Shown here: positions 12,468 through 27,305 of the stretch, one piece after another
How positions within the stretch are numbered: the first letter of the stretch is position 1
Layout: every line of letters begins with the position of its first letter
Source of the DNA: Basidiobolus meristosporus CBS 931.73
Taxonomy: Eukaryota; Fungi; Basidiobolomycota
Assembly (NCBI GenBank): GCA_002104905.1
Contig: MCFE01000057.1
Location: forward strand, 124,001 to 188,000
Reading direction: 5' to 3'
Length of the DNA: 64,000 bases
Position numbers and translations under genes: made by a program
Notes under the pieces: generated by a model
Databases searched by the model: none
What the model saw: only the letters and a program-made list of their open reading frames with translations
What the model was told of the DNA's origin: nothing

Positions 12468-13823
12468 ATGTCCAAGTTCCAAGAAATCGAATCTCTGTTC
12501 ACTCTTTCCCCCGAAACCGTCAAGGATATCGTCGTTGATATCAAGGAAGATTTGCAAGAGGGCCTTATCTCCAAGGATCCCAACAATCTTGGCCAAATCC
12601 CTTCCTACGTCACCGCTCTTCCCACCGGAAAAGAAACCGGTACCTACCTCGCCATTGATCTTGGTGGTACCAACCTTCGTACTGCCGCCGTTACTCTTCT
12701 CGGAGACGGTCAAGTTGGTGTCAACATGAAGAAGTACCCCATCTCCATGGATATCCGTACCGGTGCCGGAGAAAAGCTCTTCGATTGGATTGCCGACTGC
12801 ACTGCTGATCTTCTCAACGATGCTACTCTTAACATTGGTACTGCCAACTTGCACATGGGTGTTACTTTCTCCTTCGCCCTCGACCAAACCGCCATCGATC
12901 GTGGTACCGTTGGTAAGATGGGTAAGGGTTTCAACCTTAGCGGTGTTACTGGTCATGACTTGAAGGACCTTCTTGAGGGAGGTTTCCATCGCAAGGGACT
13001 TAACAACATCATCGTTTCTGCTATCATCAACGATACCGTTGGAACCCTCGTCTCCCACGCCTATGCCTCCCCTACCACCAAGGTCGGTCTTATTCTGGCC
13101 ACTGGCACCAACGCTGCCTACCTTGAATCTGGTGAACAAATCGCCAAATACAAGGGTCCCGCTGTTGACAAGATGATCCTCAACACTGAATACAGCATCA
13201 TGGGTAAGAGACTCCCCATCACCAAGTACGACAAAGCTCTTGATGACGCAACCTTCACTCCTGGTTTCCAACGCCTTGAGAAGATGGTCTCCGGCATGTA
13301 CATGGGTGAAATCGCTCGTCGTATTTTGGTAGATCTCTGCGAAAGCGGTGAGCTTTTCAATGGCAAGCTTCCCCAAAACCTCGAGAAGCCCTATGAATTC
13401 AAGACTCTCTTCATGTCCACCATTGAGAGCGACCCCACTCCCGAGCACGCCAACATCCCCAGCCTTTTCGCCAAGCACTTCCCTACTGCTGAGCCCGTCT
13501 CCCTTGAGGACTGCAACAAGATCCACCGCATCTGTAAATTGATTGCTACCCGTTCTGCCAGCATTGTTGGTGCTGCCATTGCTGCCTTGTTGCTTCAAGC
13601 CAACGAAAAGACCGTGTTCTTGGATACCGATGAAGTCACCACTGTTGGTATTGATGGATCCGTCTACGAATTCTATCCTTACTTCACCCAACGTATTCGT
13701 CGTGCCATCGAGCTCGGTTTGGGCAAGGAACGTGCCGACCGTGTCAAGTTGGAACTCGCTCGTGATGGTGGCTGCATTGGCGCCGCTTTGATTGCCATGG
13801 TTGCCGCTACCAAGAAGAACTAA
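12468..13823 (+). CDS. Hexokinase-family sugar kinase, divergent, probably N-acetylglucosamine-kinase type; intronless with strong codon bias
   Basis: LAIDLGGTNLR, TFSF, NDTVGTL, TGTNAAY, LEKMVSGMYMGE and DGSVY identify the hexokinase family. MGKGF replaces WTKGF, NTEYS replaces NxEWG and DGGC replaces DGSG. Confidence 0.9.
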   Translation: MSKFQEIESLFTLSPETVKDIVVDIKEDLQEGLISKDPNNLGQIPSYVTALPTGKETGTYLAIDLGGTNLRTAAVTLLGDGQVGVNMKKYPISMDIRTGAGEKLFDWIADCTADLLNDATLNIGTANLHMGVTFSFALDQTAIDRGTVGKMGKGFNLSGVTGHDLKDLLEGGFHRKGLNNIIVSAIINDTVGTLVSHAYASPTTKVGLILATGTNAAYLESGEQIAKYKGPAVDKMILNTEYSIMGKRLPITKYDKALDDATFTPGFQRLEKMVSGMYMGEIARRILVDLCESGELFNGKLPQNLEKPYEFKTLFMSTIESDPTPEHANIPSLFAKHFPTAEPVSLEDCNKIHRICKLIATRSASIVGAAIAALLLQANEKTVFLDTDEVTTVGIDGSVYEFYPYFTQRIRRAIELGLGKERADRVKLELARDGGCIGAALIAMVAATKKN

Positions 13824-14440
13824 ATTTCCCTTCGACTCGTGCTTTTATCCAAGTTTTAAATATGCAGTACACACTTGGTTTTGTAAATACAACATGCTAG
13901 AATTTCCTAAACCAAATAAATTCATCGTAAGCCAAACTTGCTTTTTGCTATTATGTATCAGTACGAAACTGGTTTAATTAGTGGTGGAACCTGGGTATTT
14001 TTCGCTCATTGACTACCCTGTGGTGAGACTAAAATCTGACCTAAAAAATAACCCCTTTTATGGGAACTACAGAGTTGGTCCAAGATTTATCCAAGACAAT
14101 CAGGGACACTCAAGATGTCAAATGACATCCCATGTATCATTCGGCCCCAGGTGACAAATTCCTTCGGTGCCCGAAAACTCGCCACCTTTCACATGAGCAG
14201 TTTGAAACTATTATCCATTATTGCATGCGAAACCAAATATTCCAATATGGAATTAATGCCGAACCACCTGAGACAACATCAGATCAGCTTGACTCACGAT
14301 GGTTACACGCGACTTCGGTTTGTGCACTCACGAGAGCTCTTCCCGCAACTTTATAAAGTACCAGCCAGTGGGTGTTCTATTGCTATTGCCTTGCTTCTTC
14401 ATCTACTCATTGCATACTCACTATTCCCATTAATCCACCC

Positions 14441-14893
14441 ATGATGCCAACGATCCACGGAAGCCGCTACAGTGTTTGGACACCAGTTCTTGACACACAA
14501 ATAGAATCTGCAGTGAAATATCTTTCCGCTTTGCCTTTGCAGAGCCAGTGCCATACCAGCATCTTTCAATTCGTTAAACGTCTGGTCTATCGAGGAAAGC
14601 TATCCGCTTTCATCTTGAATTCATCGCTTGTTTACCTGGATCGTTTAAAAGTCGCTGGAAGGATGGAGCGTGTTAAAGATACATCCATAGAGCTTGTATT
14701 CCTTGCTTCAATTTTATTGGCTCAAAAGTTCGCTGAAGACAGGGTACTCTCGAAATTCAAGGTTATCGAAATTACACGTGATACCTGGACTTCATCTCAA
14801 ATTGCCCAAGTTGAACGCACCCTTCTTGGTCACCTGAATTACAACATTTGGATAACCACTGAGGAAGTGGACAAGTTCCTTCTACATCATTAG
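14441..14893 (+). CDS. Pho80/Pcl-type cyclin (single cyclin box)
   Basis: FVKRLVYRGKLSAFILNSSLVYLDRL...VFLASILLAQKFAEDR...IAQVERTLLGHLNYNIWIT; TATAAA about 85 bp upstream. Confidence 0.8.
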   Translation: MMPTIHGSRYSVWTPVLDTQIESAVKYLSALPLQSQCHTSIFQFVKRLVYRGKLSAFILNSSLVYLDRLKVAGRMERVKDTSIELVFLASILLAQKFAEDRVLSKFKVIEITRDTWTSSQIAQVERTLLGHLNYNIWITTEEVDKFLLHH

Positions 14894-15394
14894 AAGCTGT
14901 TCATATCTAATCACTTGTACATACACATCACACTGCATTCATAAAAACCGTCACCTCACTTGAACAACTATATACTGTCTATGTATTTGAGTTTACTGAA
15001 ATCAGCACCTTGCCATATCAAAGAACTACTGTGCAATTTTTGCCATAACCTAATACACTTCACCTTGAAATAACTGTAACACGGGCCTTGGAGGTGATTT
15101 GAGGCCTTTATGCATCTGGTGGAATCTTTTAAGCCTAGATAATGTAATTGACTTGGAAAGATCACGGTGAAGGTGAGTAATTATAGGAGGCTTTTGGGTG
15201 TTTCTACAAAGCCTTCAATATTTCTAAAACCCTGCAGAATAAATTCAGATCAAATGTGTAATGCCAATTATCAGCAACAAACGTGACGGAATAGATCTAG
15301 TATACCAATGTGCCTGCGGGTGAAACCAGGCTTCACTCAAATCCCTATGACCATTCACTACATATGCACTATGTGAAAGAGTGTAAAAACTGTT

Positions 15395-16400
15395 GTAAGA
15401 GTCTTGGAGATATTGGAAGTGATTTGGGAGGACAAGTAGATTATGTGGTTTTCACTTGATGATTTATTGAATGCAAAAGTAGTATTTGTACTTTTACATG
15501 GTCTTGGCATAACAAACACGTAGAATAGGTTAAGGAAGGTCCCAAGAACATGTATGCAAAGTTTGGGGCTGTTTGGACAACTTATCTAATTTTCATGTTC
15601 TGGGTAAATATTCTAAGTAAATCCCAACCAGGAATTTGGTCAGTATTCCCTACGATTCGAAGGTAATGATCTAAGTGTCTAAGTTAGGTGAATATTTAGG
15701 TGGAATTACGAATTTTTACAACAAAAACAACCTACCTAAGTCCACTCCCTTTCATAGTTCGAATTAGGTAATACAAGGGTGAGCTCACTATGGTAAGGTT
15801 CATTTCTATGTTTACAGCACTCCACAACTTTCAATAACTGCCAAAATACCTTCACCTTTTAGACATTATAGAGTCTGGGCCACAATATTAAAACAATGAT
15901 AGGCGGCACCCTTCACAGTTTAGCCAGTTGTCTAGGAAACAAACTTGAGAAATTTCAGGAATATGCTTCTATTGAAATTCAAGATGGGACCATGCAATTA
16001 CTCAGGTATATTTAGAAATAGCGTGGTAGTTCTACAATGAATATATTAAATTAAAGAAAAGCACATATGCTGTAAGAGTTTTGAGGATATCAGGAGTGAT
16101 TGGGAGAACAGGTAGATTATGTGGTCTTCACTCAATGATTTATTGAATGCAAAAGTGGTATTTATATCTTTGCTTAATCTCGGCAGAGAAAACACGTAGA
16201 GTACAATTGGGTAGGTCTTCAGAGCTTGTGTGCAAAGTCTTTGGACACCCTAGCAAATTTTCATGTCCTGAGTACCGGATGTTTTGGTGAGACATTCAAG
16301 GGGCATTAACTTCCAAGATTTGTATGATGCAAGTAACCAAGTCAATGGAATATTTAGGTGTAATTGAGGAATTTTCAAGAACTTCAAAAACATAACGATC
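15395..16400. repeat. Diverged direct repeat, two copies of about 330-350 bp offset by about 676 bp, in an ORF-free AT-rich intergenic region
   Basis: Shared cores gtagattatgtggt (15436 and 16112) and tgatttattgaatgcaaaagt (15460 and 16136), plus colinear aaacacgtaga, tgcaaagt, ttttcatgt and gaatatttaggtg. Confidence 0.85.
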
Positions 16401-17254
16401 AAATATCTAGAGCATGGTTTAGAAGCTTGTGAACCAAGTCTGAGATCTTTTGGAGGTACTTGACAATTTGGTTGCTTCCCCCATTTCCAATTATCAGTAT
16501 CATATGAAAATAAGAATTAATCTTACAATATCTAAGACATGAATACTCTTGACCAAAACTGATTTTGAGATCAAGTACTGAGGTTTTGAGTGAATTTTGT
16601 ACAATTATGACAAAAAATTCATGAGAGGTCCCAGGAGGTATGTGTAAGCTTGCAAAGTCTTTTAGATAAGTCTGAAACCATTGATAATTTCTAGGACTTC
16701 TACAATTTGAAGTCGAAGTAGAAGTTAAAGTGCCGAAATTAATCGTCTAATTTAGCACCTAAAACATCCGGGCCATATATCTTTGAGAATCAAGTGGATG
16801 TGTCGAGTTTATTCAGTGTTTTAGGAGCAAGTGAGAGAAAAATTTGGAAGTGCCTATATTATCTAGAAGTGTGATGCTTACCTGCCTACTTACTGTAATA
16901 CATTTGAACTTTTGATAAACATAATCGAGCTAATTATAGGATTATACTATGGAAGACCATGGAAATATGCATACGAAGTTTCGGTATTTGATGGCTTGGG
17001 ATAGAACATTACGCCCACTCGATTGAAAAATTAGGGTCTTTTGGGGCATTGCTTGAATTCTGTGATTGATGAGATTTGGAATGTGGAAACAAAGCAGTCA
17101 ATAGTGCATGACTATATGTATGTTAATAACTGCTAGCCAAACAAAGTCATGTATTTTAGAAAGGTTCAGGTTGATGGTTGTGTTTATTGTGGGAGAAATT
17201 AGAATTACGCTATGGATGGGTTTTATGACATAATATACATGCTATGCAAGCTAT

Positions 17255-18376
17255 CTACAAAGAATTCACATCTAACCTGATGGATTTTACCCAGGAATCA
17301 TTCAAAATATCACTAATCGAGGCCCGAGTAACGGGGTTAGGGTCTAGCATTCTTTGGATGATGGGTACTGCGGACTTTGGGATGCGGTTGAAGTATCGTG
17401 GGTTATCCCTATGCTTCAGAAACATTTTATAGCCATAGTCGAAGGATTTTGCCATGGACCATGGGAATGAGCGTAGGATCATAGCTAGGTATACAACTGC
17501 AATAGACCAGATGTCTGACTTGCGAGGATCATACGGGCTTCTAGAATGGAGTTCGGGTGCGATATAAGCCTCGGATCCACAGGTGGTTGTAGCCAATCTG
17601 ATTCTTTTCTCAATCGACGCCGGGGAGCGGAAAACGAAGGCGCAGCCAAAGTCTATCAGCTTGACCGAATTCTTCTCGGTGATGCAAATATTTTCAAGTT
17701 TGATGTCGCGGTGGGCGATGCCAAGGGAATGCATGTGACTTATGGCATGTACTATCTGTACGAAATATCTCGCCGCCATTTTCTCGTCAACTTGGTTCGA
17801 TTCAACCAGCTGGTACAAGTCGTGTGGGCAGTATTCCATGACTGAATGTATCTTGCCATCCTCCTTTATCACTTCATGTGTCTGAATGATGAAAGGGTTG
17901 CTTAACAAGGTAGCAACGGTGATCTCGTTATTCAGCCACTGCATATATTTGTGCAATGGTTCATCCTTACGAGCCTCGCGGTGTGTTTTGACTGCAAACA
18001 TTCTTCCATCGCTATTACGGCAAGTAACCTTGACCGAACCCCCACTTCCGGATATGCGTTCCTCGACTATTACTCCATAGGCTTTCTGGATGGTTCCGCA
18101 TTTTTGTTTCACAAGCGAGGAGAGGAGATTCGAAGAACTCTGCACTTCACTTTTCGAAATGCACAGGACCTTTTTTACAAACGCTAGTATGCTTCTCGTG
18201 GCTCTTGTTTCCTTTGAGCGTGAGGAGAACATTTCTTTTCCACCTTTAGTGAATGGCACAAGCGCTTGTCTGCTAGGGTCGGTGGTTTGTAAAGAAGTAA
18301 CTAGCTTCTTGGCATCTGTTGTAATTAGCTTGTGGTTGATAACTTCGTCTATAGTTTCGGATGAGAGGGAATACAT
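17255..18376 (-). CDS. Ser/Thr protein kinase, HAL/NPR1/SAT4 family, intronless
   Basis: GSGGSVK, FAVK, HPFI-like NPFIIQT, MEYC, HRDIKLEN, DFG, GSEAYIAPE, DIWS, FPWSMA. Confidence 0.9.
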   Translation of the reverse strand: MYSLSSETIDEVINHKLITTDAKKLVTSLQTTDPSRQALVPFTKGGKEMFSSRSKETRATRSILAFVKKVLCISKSEVQSSSNLLSSLVKQKCGTIQKAYGVIVEERISGSGGSVKVTCRNSDGRMFAVKTHREARKDEPLHKYMQWLNNEITVATLLSNPFIIQTHEVIKEDGKIHSVMEYCPHDLYQLVESNQVDEKMAARYFVQIVHAISHMHSLGIAHRDIKLENICITEKNSVKLIDFGCAFVFRSPASIEKRIRLATTTCGSEAYIAPELHSRSPYDPRKSDIWSIAVVYLAMILRSFPWSMAKSFDYGYKMFLKHRDNPRYFNRIPKSAVPIIQRMLDPNPVTRASISDILNDSWVKSIRLDVNSL

Positions 18377-19713
18377 GGTATAAAGGAAAGGTAGGAAACA
18401 CCAGGTCTGTCAGTCAATTTCATAGATATTTAAATTTCTTGGCTTCATCCCAAGGTCACACTACTCATTATATACTAAACCCTTAATGACATCCCCAAGC
18501 ATCCAGCATTAAAACCATTTATGGCAGGCGATGTCTTATTTTGCTATATTTACGCGGATAAATATAGGAATACAGGAGCTCGAATATTGACGAACATAAA
18601 GTGGCTGAAAAGCGATTTTTTAATTTGAGGATTTCTAATCAATACACCGACCTCATTCTTACGATATGGCTGTAATTGTTTACATGGTATATGTACCCAT
18701 AATAGCTTATATAATGTGGCTGTCAATGTTTCACAGAAACCCAAAAGTCTGACGCTCATTATTTCTTTACTTCGCTTGGGTGACCCCAAAGGTTGGTTGT
18801 TCGGTTAATCTATGATATTCTATCAATATAAATAGATCATCTCTGGATTTAGCAGTATTACTAGTTCGCTACATCAAGCCTCGTGGCAATTTGCTAAATA
18901 ATTCATCGTCAATTTACTGCGACTGAACGGCACCAGAACAAATGAGCTAAAATTATATTCTAAATGCCAGGATTTGCTCAAATTTAACCGAGATTTCTGA
19001 GGATTCGTTTTTTTGACCTCCGAAATGCTGCAATTTTAGTTTGGGAACAGGTTAATCAGTCATCTATCCAATAGAATTGCCTGACCAAAGTGTTTGATGT
19101 TAGCCTTTTATAGAACAATGAGGAACCTTCTATATTGAACTTATTGTTCGGTATCTTTCTGAGCAAAGTAGAGGTTTCGGCGAAGTGTTAATTATCCGTG
19201 CAAATAGGAGCACCAAGCTTTAGGGAATTAGAGGGGAATTTAGCTGGTCGGCATTGACGCTATTCCTTTTTGGTCACCTTATGGAGTTTAACTCTTGGTT
19301 GTTTTGGATATACTTTCTAGAACTGTGAGTTGGGTAGCCGAAGGTCGTGGCAAAATTGCTGATCTCCACAGAGCTATCCCTATAGGATTGTTATCGTACA
19401 TATTCTTTCTTGATGTTCTTTCCCTAATTCTATTCCCAGAAATTGTCTCTAGAATTCTAAATAAGTGATCCGTAGGTAGAAGGGGTTTGTCTCGCTTTCG
19501 GTAGTAATGTATCAAGTGTAGTACATTTCCCAATACCATTGTGGCCACCTACTTCACACTAGATTATGTATCATACCAAGCAATTGGATAGTATCTCGAA
19601 ACGCGTACTCACGTTACTTGCCTATGTGGTATAGAAGCAAATGGAATATCTACTAACTAGTTTATTTATCATACTATTAATATCAAACATGAATAATGAA
19701 TGGATGAGTTTAA

Positions 19714-21344
<1,631 letters not shown>

Positions 21345-21940
21345 TATGTGTAGAAATATATGCTAACGTTCAAGAATAGCTTAAGAAATATTTTCTACTA
21401 TAGTAACTTCGAAGCACCTCAACTCCACCAGTACGACGTAATCACTTGCGATCAGGGGATAGTTGACAATATTACGTGTGCTGAAATTTTTTACCATTCA
21501 ACTAACAGTTGAGTTAATTTTTGGTTTATATAAATGCTTGATAATTGCTTGAAAATTCGATGGTTTTATGGCTGAACATCACCATGGTTTGATGAAGTGG
21601 ATAGTGTGTATTTAATGAAATAAATTAAAGGATTAATGAATTTCCACGGGCTACCTTACCACAACAGTTGTGAGGGTATTTCTAGTTGGTGTTGGAGATC
21701 ATTGATTGGGGTTCATTGTGTTGATATCATAACCATCATATGTACCACTTTATAAATATCCAATCTCATGACGTAATTATATAGAGATCGTTTACTGGGG
21801 CTTTTGGATTTCTTCGAATTTGCTCGAGAAGCAACGTGTACTTCTTAACCTCATCATCTCCAACCAAGTTCATCATCTCAGCTGTTTAATCTTTTTGTAA
21901 AATAAATTAGCGAAGTTTCTCAATAGATACAGTGTGGGAA

Positions 21941-24900
21941 ATGTCCGAAATACTTCCTATTCGTTTTCAAGAGCATGTTCAGGTTAGTGATTTTCTACGA
22001 AAAGTATACTTACATTTGCACGTATGTTTTAACAAGGAATTTCTACATACCCGCTCTTGACAGCTTCAAGCACTTGGTATCAATGCTGCCAACATCGGAT
22101 TTAACACATTGACGCTCGAATCCGATCGCTTCATTTGCGTTCGCGAGAAAGTTGGCGAGCAGAACCAAGTGGTTATTGTGGACTTGACTGATGTTAACAA
22201 CCTCATCAGAAGACCAATCACTGCCGACTCGGCTATCATGAATCCTACTTCAAAAATCATTGCATTGAAAGGTATGTCTAAAGCAACTCCGTTTTCGATA
22301 AAATGTAGAGCTAATATATATCTTTCTGCATGGAAGCTGGGCGTCAACTCCAGATTTTTAACCTCGACACCAAAAGCAAAGTCAAGAGCCATGTCGCGAA
22401 TGAAGATGTTGTTTTCTGGACTTGGATTTCCGATACAGTAATCGGACTTGTCACCGAAAATTCAGTTTATCATTGGTCCATAGAAGGATCCTCCGACCCC
22501 AGCAAAGTCTTTGATCGTCATAGCAGCTTAGGTGGCAGTCAAATTATCAGCTACCGTGTTAACCCAGAGGACAATTGGATGGTCCTTATCGGAATTTCCG
22601 CTCAGGTAGATCGATCTTTGGACTATTTTGTTGCCTCACCCCCATACTAATATTGTAAATGCTTTCTAGCAAGGTCGTGTGGTTGGTGCTATGCAGTTGT
22701 ATTCCAAAGAGAGAGCCGTAAGCCAGCCCATTGAAGGTCATGCTGCTGCTTTTGCCGAAGTTCAACTTCAAGATGCCGCTAGCCCCTCGAAACTCTTTGC
22801 TTTCGCAGTCAAAACTGCCACTGCAGCCAAGGTATTGGATTTCATGCAAAACTTGTCTAGTTGATCGGTGTATACTAACATCCTTTATGTAATAGCTCCA
22901 TATTGTGGAGATTGATCACAAGGATGAGAATCCCGTTTTCCAGAAGAAGGCTGTTGATGTTTTCTTCCCTCCCGAGGCGGTGAATGATTTCCCTGTTGCT
23001 ATGCAGATCAGCCACAAATATAATATCATTTACTTGGTCACCAAGTATGGTTTTATCCATTTGTATGATGTGGAAAGTGGAACCTGTGTATATATGAATC
23101 GCATCAGCGGTGATACCATTTTCGTTACTGCGGAGCACGAAGCTACTAGCGGAATTATTGGTGTTAATCGCAAAGGACAGGTATACTTCACACTAGACAT
23201 GTTGCCAGGAATCGTGGCGCTGACAACATTTGCTTAGGTACTTTCTGTGAGCATTGACGAAGACAACATCATCCCTTATATCTTGAATAACCTGGGAAAT
23301 CCTGATCTTGCTTTGAGACTTGCTTCTCGCAACAATCTTCCTGGTGCTGATGACATGTATGTCACCAGATTCAATCAGTTGTTCTTGTCGGGACAGTATG
23401 GTGATGCCGCAAAGGTTGCTGCCACCTCCCCCAGAGGTATTCTTCGTACTTCTCAAACTATTGAAAAGTTCAAGCAAGTGTATGTAGCACCTGGCCAGCT
23501 CTCGCCCATTCTTCAATACTTCAGCATCCTCTTGGAGAAGGGTGAACTTAACCAGTACGAATCTCTTGAGTTGGCTAGACCCGTGTTACAACAGGGTCGC
23601 AAACAACTACTTGAGAAATGGTTGAAGGAGGATAAATTGGAATGCAGTGAAGAGCTTGGAGATATTGTCAAGCAACACGACCTGACATTAGCCTTGTCTG
23701 TGTATTTGAGAGCTAACGTACCTAACAAGGTTGTTGCTTGTTTTGCCGAAACTGGACAATATAACAAAATCATCTTGTATGCCAAGAAAGTTGGATACCA
23801 ACCTGATTATGCTATGTTGCTGCAACATATCATGCGCCTCGACCCTGATAAGGGCGCTGAGTTTGCCACTTTACTCTACCGTGACGAAAATGGGCCCCTT
23901 CTTGATGTCGAGAGAATTACCGACATTTTCATGCAGCAAAACTTGGTTCAGCAAGTCACTTCGTTCCTGTTGGACGCCCTTAAGGATAATCTTCCCGAGC
24001 AAGGCAACCTGCAGACCAGACTTCTGGAGATGAATTTAATGCAAGCACCACAAGTTGCCGATGCCATCCTTGGTAATGAGATGTTTACTCACTACGATCG
24101 CCCGGCTATTGCCACTCTTTGTGAAAAGGCTGGATTGTATCAACGTGCGCTAGAACATTACACCGAAATTCAAGATATCAAACGTGTAATTGTTCACACT
24201 CATTTGCTCAATGCCGAATGGGTCGTCAACTACTTCGGTACCCTCTCTGTAGAACAATCACTTGAATGCCTTAAGGAAATGTTGAATCAGAACATCAGAC
24301 AAAACTTGCAAATCTGTGTTCAGATTGCATCCAAATACTCGGAGCAATTGGGTCCACACAATCTGATCTCCTTGTTTGAGGATTTCAATAGTTTCGAAGG
24401 ATTGTTCTACTATTTGGGCTCTGTAGTCAACTTCAGTCAAGATTCTGATGTTCATTTCAAGTACATCGAGGCTGCCTGCAGATCCGGTCAACTTAAGGAG
24501 GTTGAGAGAATCTGCCGGGAGAGTAATTATTACGATCCTGAGAAAGTCAAGAACTTCCTCAAGGAGGCCAAGCTCCCTGATCAGTTGCCTCTCATCATTG
24601 TGTGCGATCGATTTGATTTCGTACATGATCTCATCCTCTACTTGTACCACAATAGCATGTATAAGTTCATTGAGGTTTACGTGCAGAACGTCAACTCTAT
24701 GCGTACTCCTGTTGTAATTGGCGCTTTGCTTGATGTCGGATGTGAGGAATCTGTTATCAAGGATCTTCTGATGTCCGTTACCGGGTCAATTTCCATCGAG
24801 GAGCTTACCGAAGAATGCGAAAGCCGTGATAGACTCAAGCTATTGCTTCCATATCTTGAAGGAAAGGTTAACCAAGGAAGCCAAGAGCCCGGCGTATACA

Positions 24901-27305
24901 ATGCATTGGCCAAGATTTACATTGACAGCAACCATAACCCCGAGCAATTTTTGAGAGAAAACCAATTCTACGACCCCTTGCTTATCGGTAAATACTGCGA
25001 GAAGCGTGATCCTTATCTTGCTTATATTTCCTATGAGCACGGTCAATGCGATTTGGAGCTTGTTGGTATCACCAACGAAAACGATATGTTCAAACATCAA
25101 GCACGTTACTTGGTTAAACGCCGTGATCTAGACTTGTGGCAATATGTCTTGAATGCGGAGAATCCTCACAAGAGAGATTTGGTTGACCAAGTTGTGGGTA
25201 CCGCATTGTCCGAATCTCAAGACCCTGAAGAAGTTTCGGTTACTGTCAAGGCTTTCATGGCAGCTGATCTCCCCAACGAGTTGATTGAGCTCCTTGAGAA
25301 GATTATCTTGGAGAATTCTGCTTTCAGTGACAATAAGAATTTGCAAAACTTGCTTATTCTCACTGCGGTCAAGGCAGATAAAACCAAGGTCATGGATTAC
25401 ATTACTCGACTGAATAACTACGATGCTCCAGATATCGCGGAAATTGCCATCAGCAATGAGTTGTACGAAGAAGCATTCACCATCTACAAGAAGTATGATG
25501 TCAACACTAGCGCAATTGGTGTGCTGTTAGACAATATCGGTAGCATTGATCGTGGTTACGAGTTTGCTGAACGTTGTGATCAACCCGAAGTTTGGTCCAA
25601 ATTGGCCAAGGCACAGCTTGATGTCTTCCGAGTCAAGGATGCCATTGATTCCTATATTCGTGCACAAGATCCTACCAATTTCTTGGAGGTCATCAATGTT
25701 TCTTCTGAAGCTGACAAGTACGACGATTTGGTGAAATTCTTGCAAATGGCTCGCAAGCATACCAGAGAGCCTCTCATTGAAAGCGAACTTCTGTTTGCCT
25801 TCGCCAAGACCGAAAGATTGGCCGATTTGGAAGAGCTCCTCTCTTCACCAAATATTGCCAAGGTGCAAGTAATTGGTGATCGTTGCTTTGACAATGGAAT
25901 GTATGAAGCCGCCAAGATTCTTTATACCAATGTTTCTAACTGGGGTCGCCTCGCTACTACTTTGGTTCATCTTGGCGAATACCAAGCATCTGTTGACTGT
26001 GCTCGCAAGGCTAACAGCACCAAGGTCTGGAGAGAAGTTCACTCCGCGTGTATTGAACACAAGGAGTTCCGTCTCGCTCAAATTTGCGGTTTGAACCTGA
26101 TTGTCCACGCCGAAGAGCTTAACCAAATCATCCGTTTGTATGAAAACCAAGGATTTATTGATGAGTTGATGCAACTTCTTGAGGCCGGTCTCGGACTTGA
26201 AAGAGCTCACATGGGAATGTTTACCGAATTGGCTTGTATTTATGCCAAGTACAAGCCTGAGGTTATGATGGAGCACTTGAAGCTTTTCTGGTCCCGAATC
26301 AATATTCCCAAGGTCATCCGTGCTTGTGAGCAAGCACATATGTGGCCTGAGCTTGTCTTCTTGTATGTTCACTACGACGAGTATGACAACGCAGCCAACA
26401 CTATGATGAAGCGCTCCGCAGACGCTTGGGAGCACGCCAGTTTCAAGGATATCATCGTGAAGGTGACAAACCTCGAAATCTATTACAAGGCTCTTCGCTT
26501 TTATTTGGATGAGCATCCACTCCTTTTGAACGATTTGCTTGGTGCTCTCACACCTAGAATTGATCACACCCGTGTTGTTCAAATGTTCCGCAAGTCCGAT
26601 AACCTGCCCTTGATTAGATCCTACTTGGTATCTGTGCAAGAGACCAACAACCAAGCTATTAATGAGGCTTATCATGAGCTTCTTATTGAGGAGGAAGACT
26701 ACGAGGCCCTTAGACACTCCATTGAGCAACATTCAAACTTCGACAACATCGAATTGGCTCAAAAGCTTGAGAAGCACGAGCTTTTGGAATTCCGCAGAAT
26801 TGCGGCCCATTTGTACAAGGCCAACAAGAAATGGAAGCAGTCGATTTCTCTTTCCAAGGTTGATAAGCTCTATAGAGATACCATGGAGACCGCGTACGAA
26901 TCCAAGGATACCGAAACCTCCGAAGATCTTCTACGTTACTTCGTGGATATCGGCAAGCAAGAATGCTTCGCTGCTTGTTTGTATCTGTGCTACGATCTGC
27001 TTCGCCCTGACGTTGTCATGGAGTTGGCTTGGAGAGCTGGCTGGCAGGATTTTGCCATGCCATACTACATCCAGGTGGTTAGAGAGCTCTCTACTAAGGT
27101 CGAGATTCTTGAGAAACACGATCGTGAAAGATTAGAGAAGGATGCTGCTGAGAAGAAGCAGGCCATGGATGCGCCAATGATCAATCCTGGTGGGTTTGGT
27201 AACTCCCTCATGATTACAGCAGGCCCTGGAGGTATGATGGCACCCCAAGGAGGTATGGGGATGGGTACACCACAGATGGGTGGGTACAACATGTCGAATT
27301 ATTAA
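21941..27305 (+). CDS. CHC1: Clathrin heavy chain, several short 5' exons plus a final exon of about 4 kb
   Basis: [61 protein letters not shown]; CHCR repeats such as [20 protein letters not shown] and [12 protein letters not shown]. Confidence 0.99.

Noticed and set aside
12432-13691. 419-aa antisense ORF opposite the hexokinase; similar long antisense ORFs lie opposite clathrin (25845-26732), chitin synthase (33618-34529) and IDH1 (50777-51493)
   Set aside because: These are shadow ORFs produced by strong codon bias on the sense strand, and they carry no recognisable motifs.
19288-19560. 86-aa ORF, plus a P-loop-like GGHNGIGKCT in another frame, downstream of RPT4
   Set aside because: The P-loop-like frame is only about 30 codons and has no other NTPase motifs; most likely chance in intergenic or UTR DNA.
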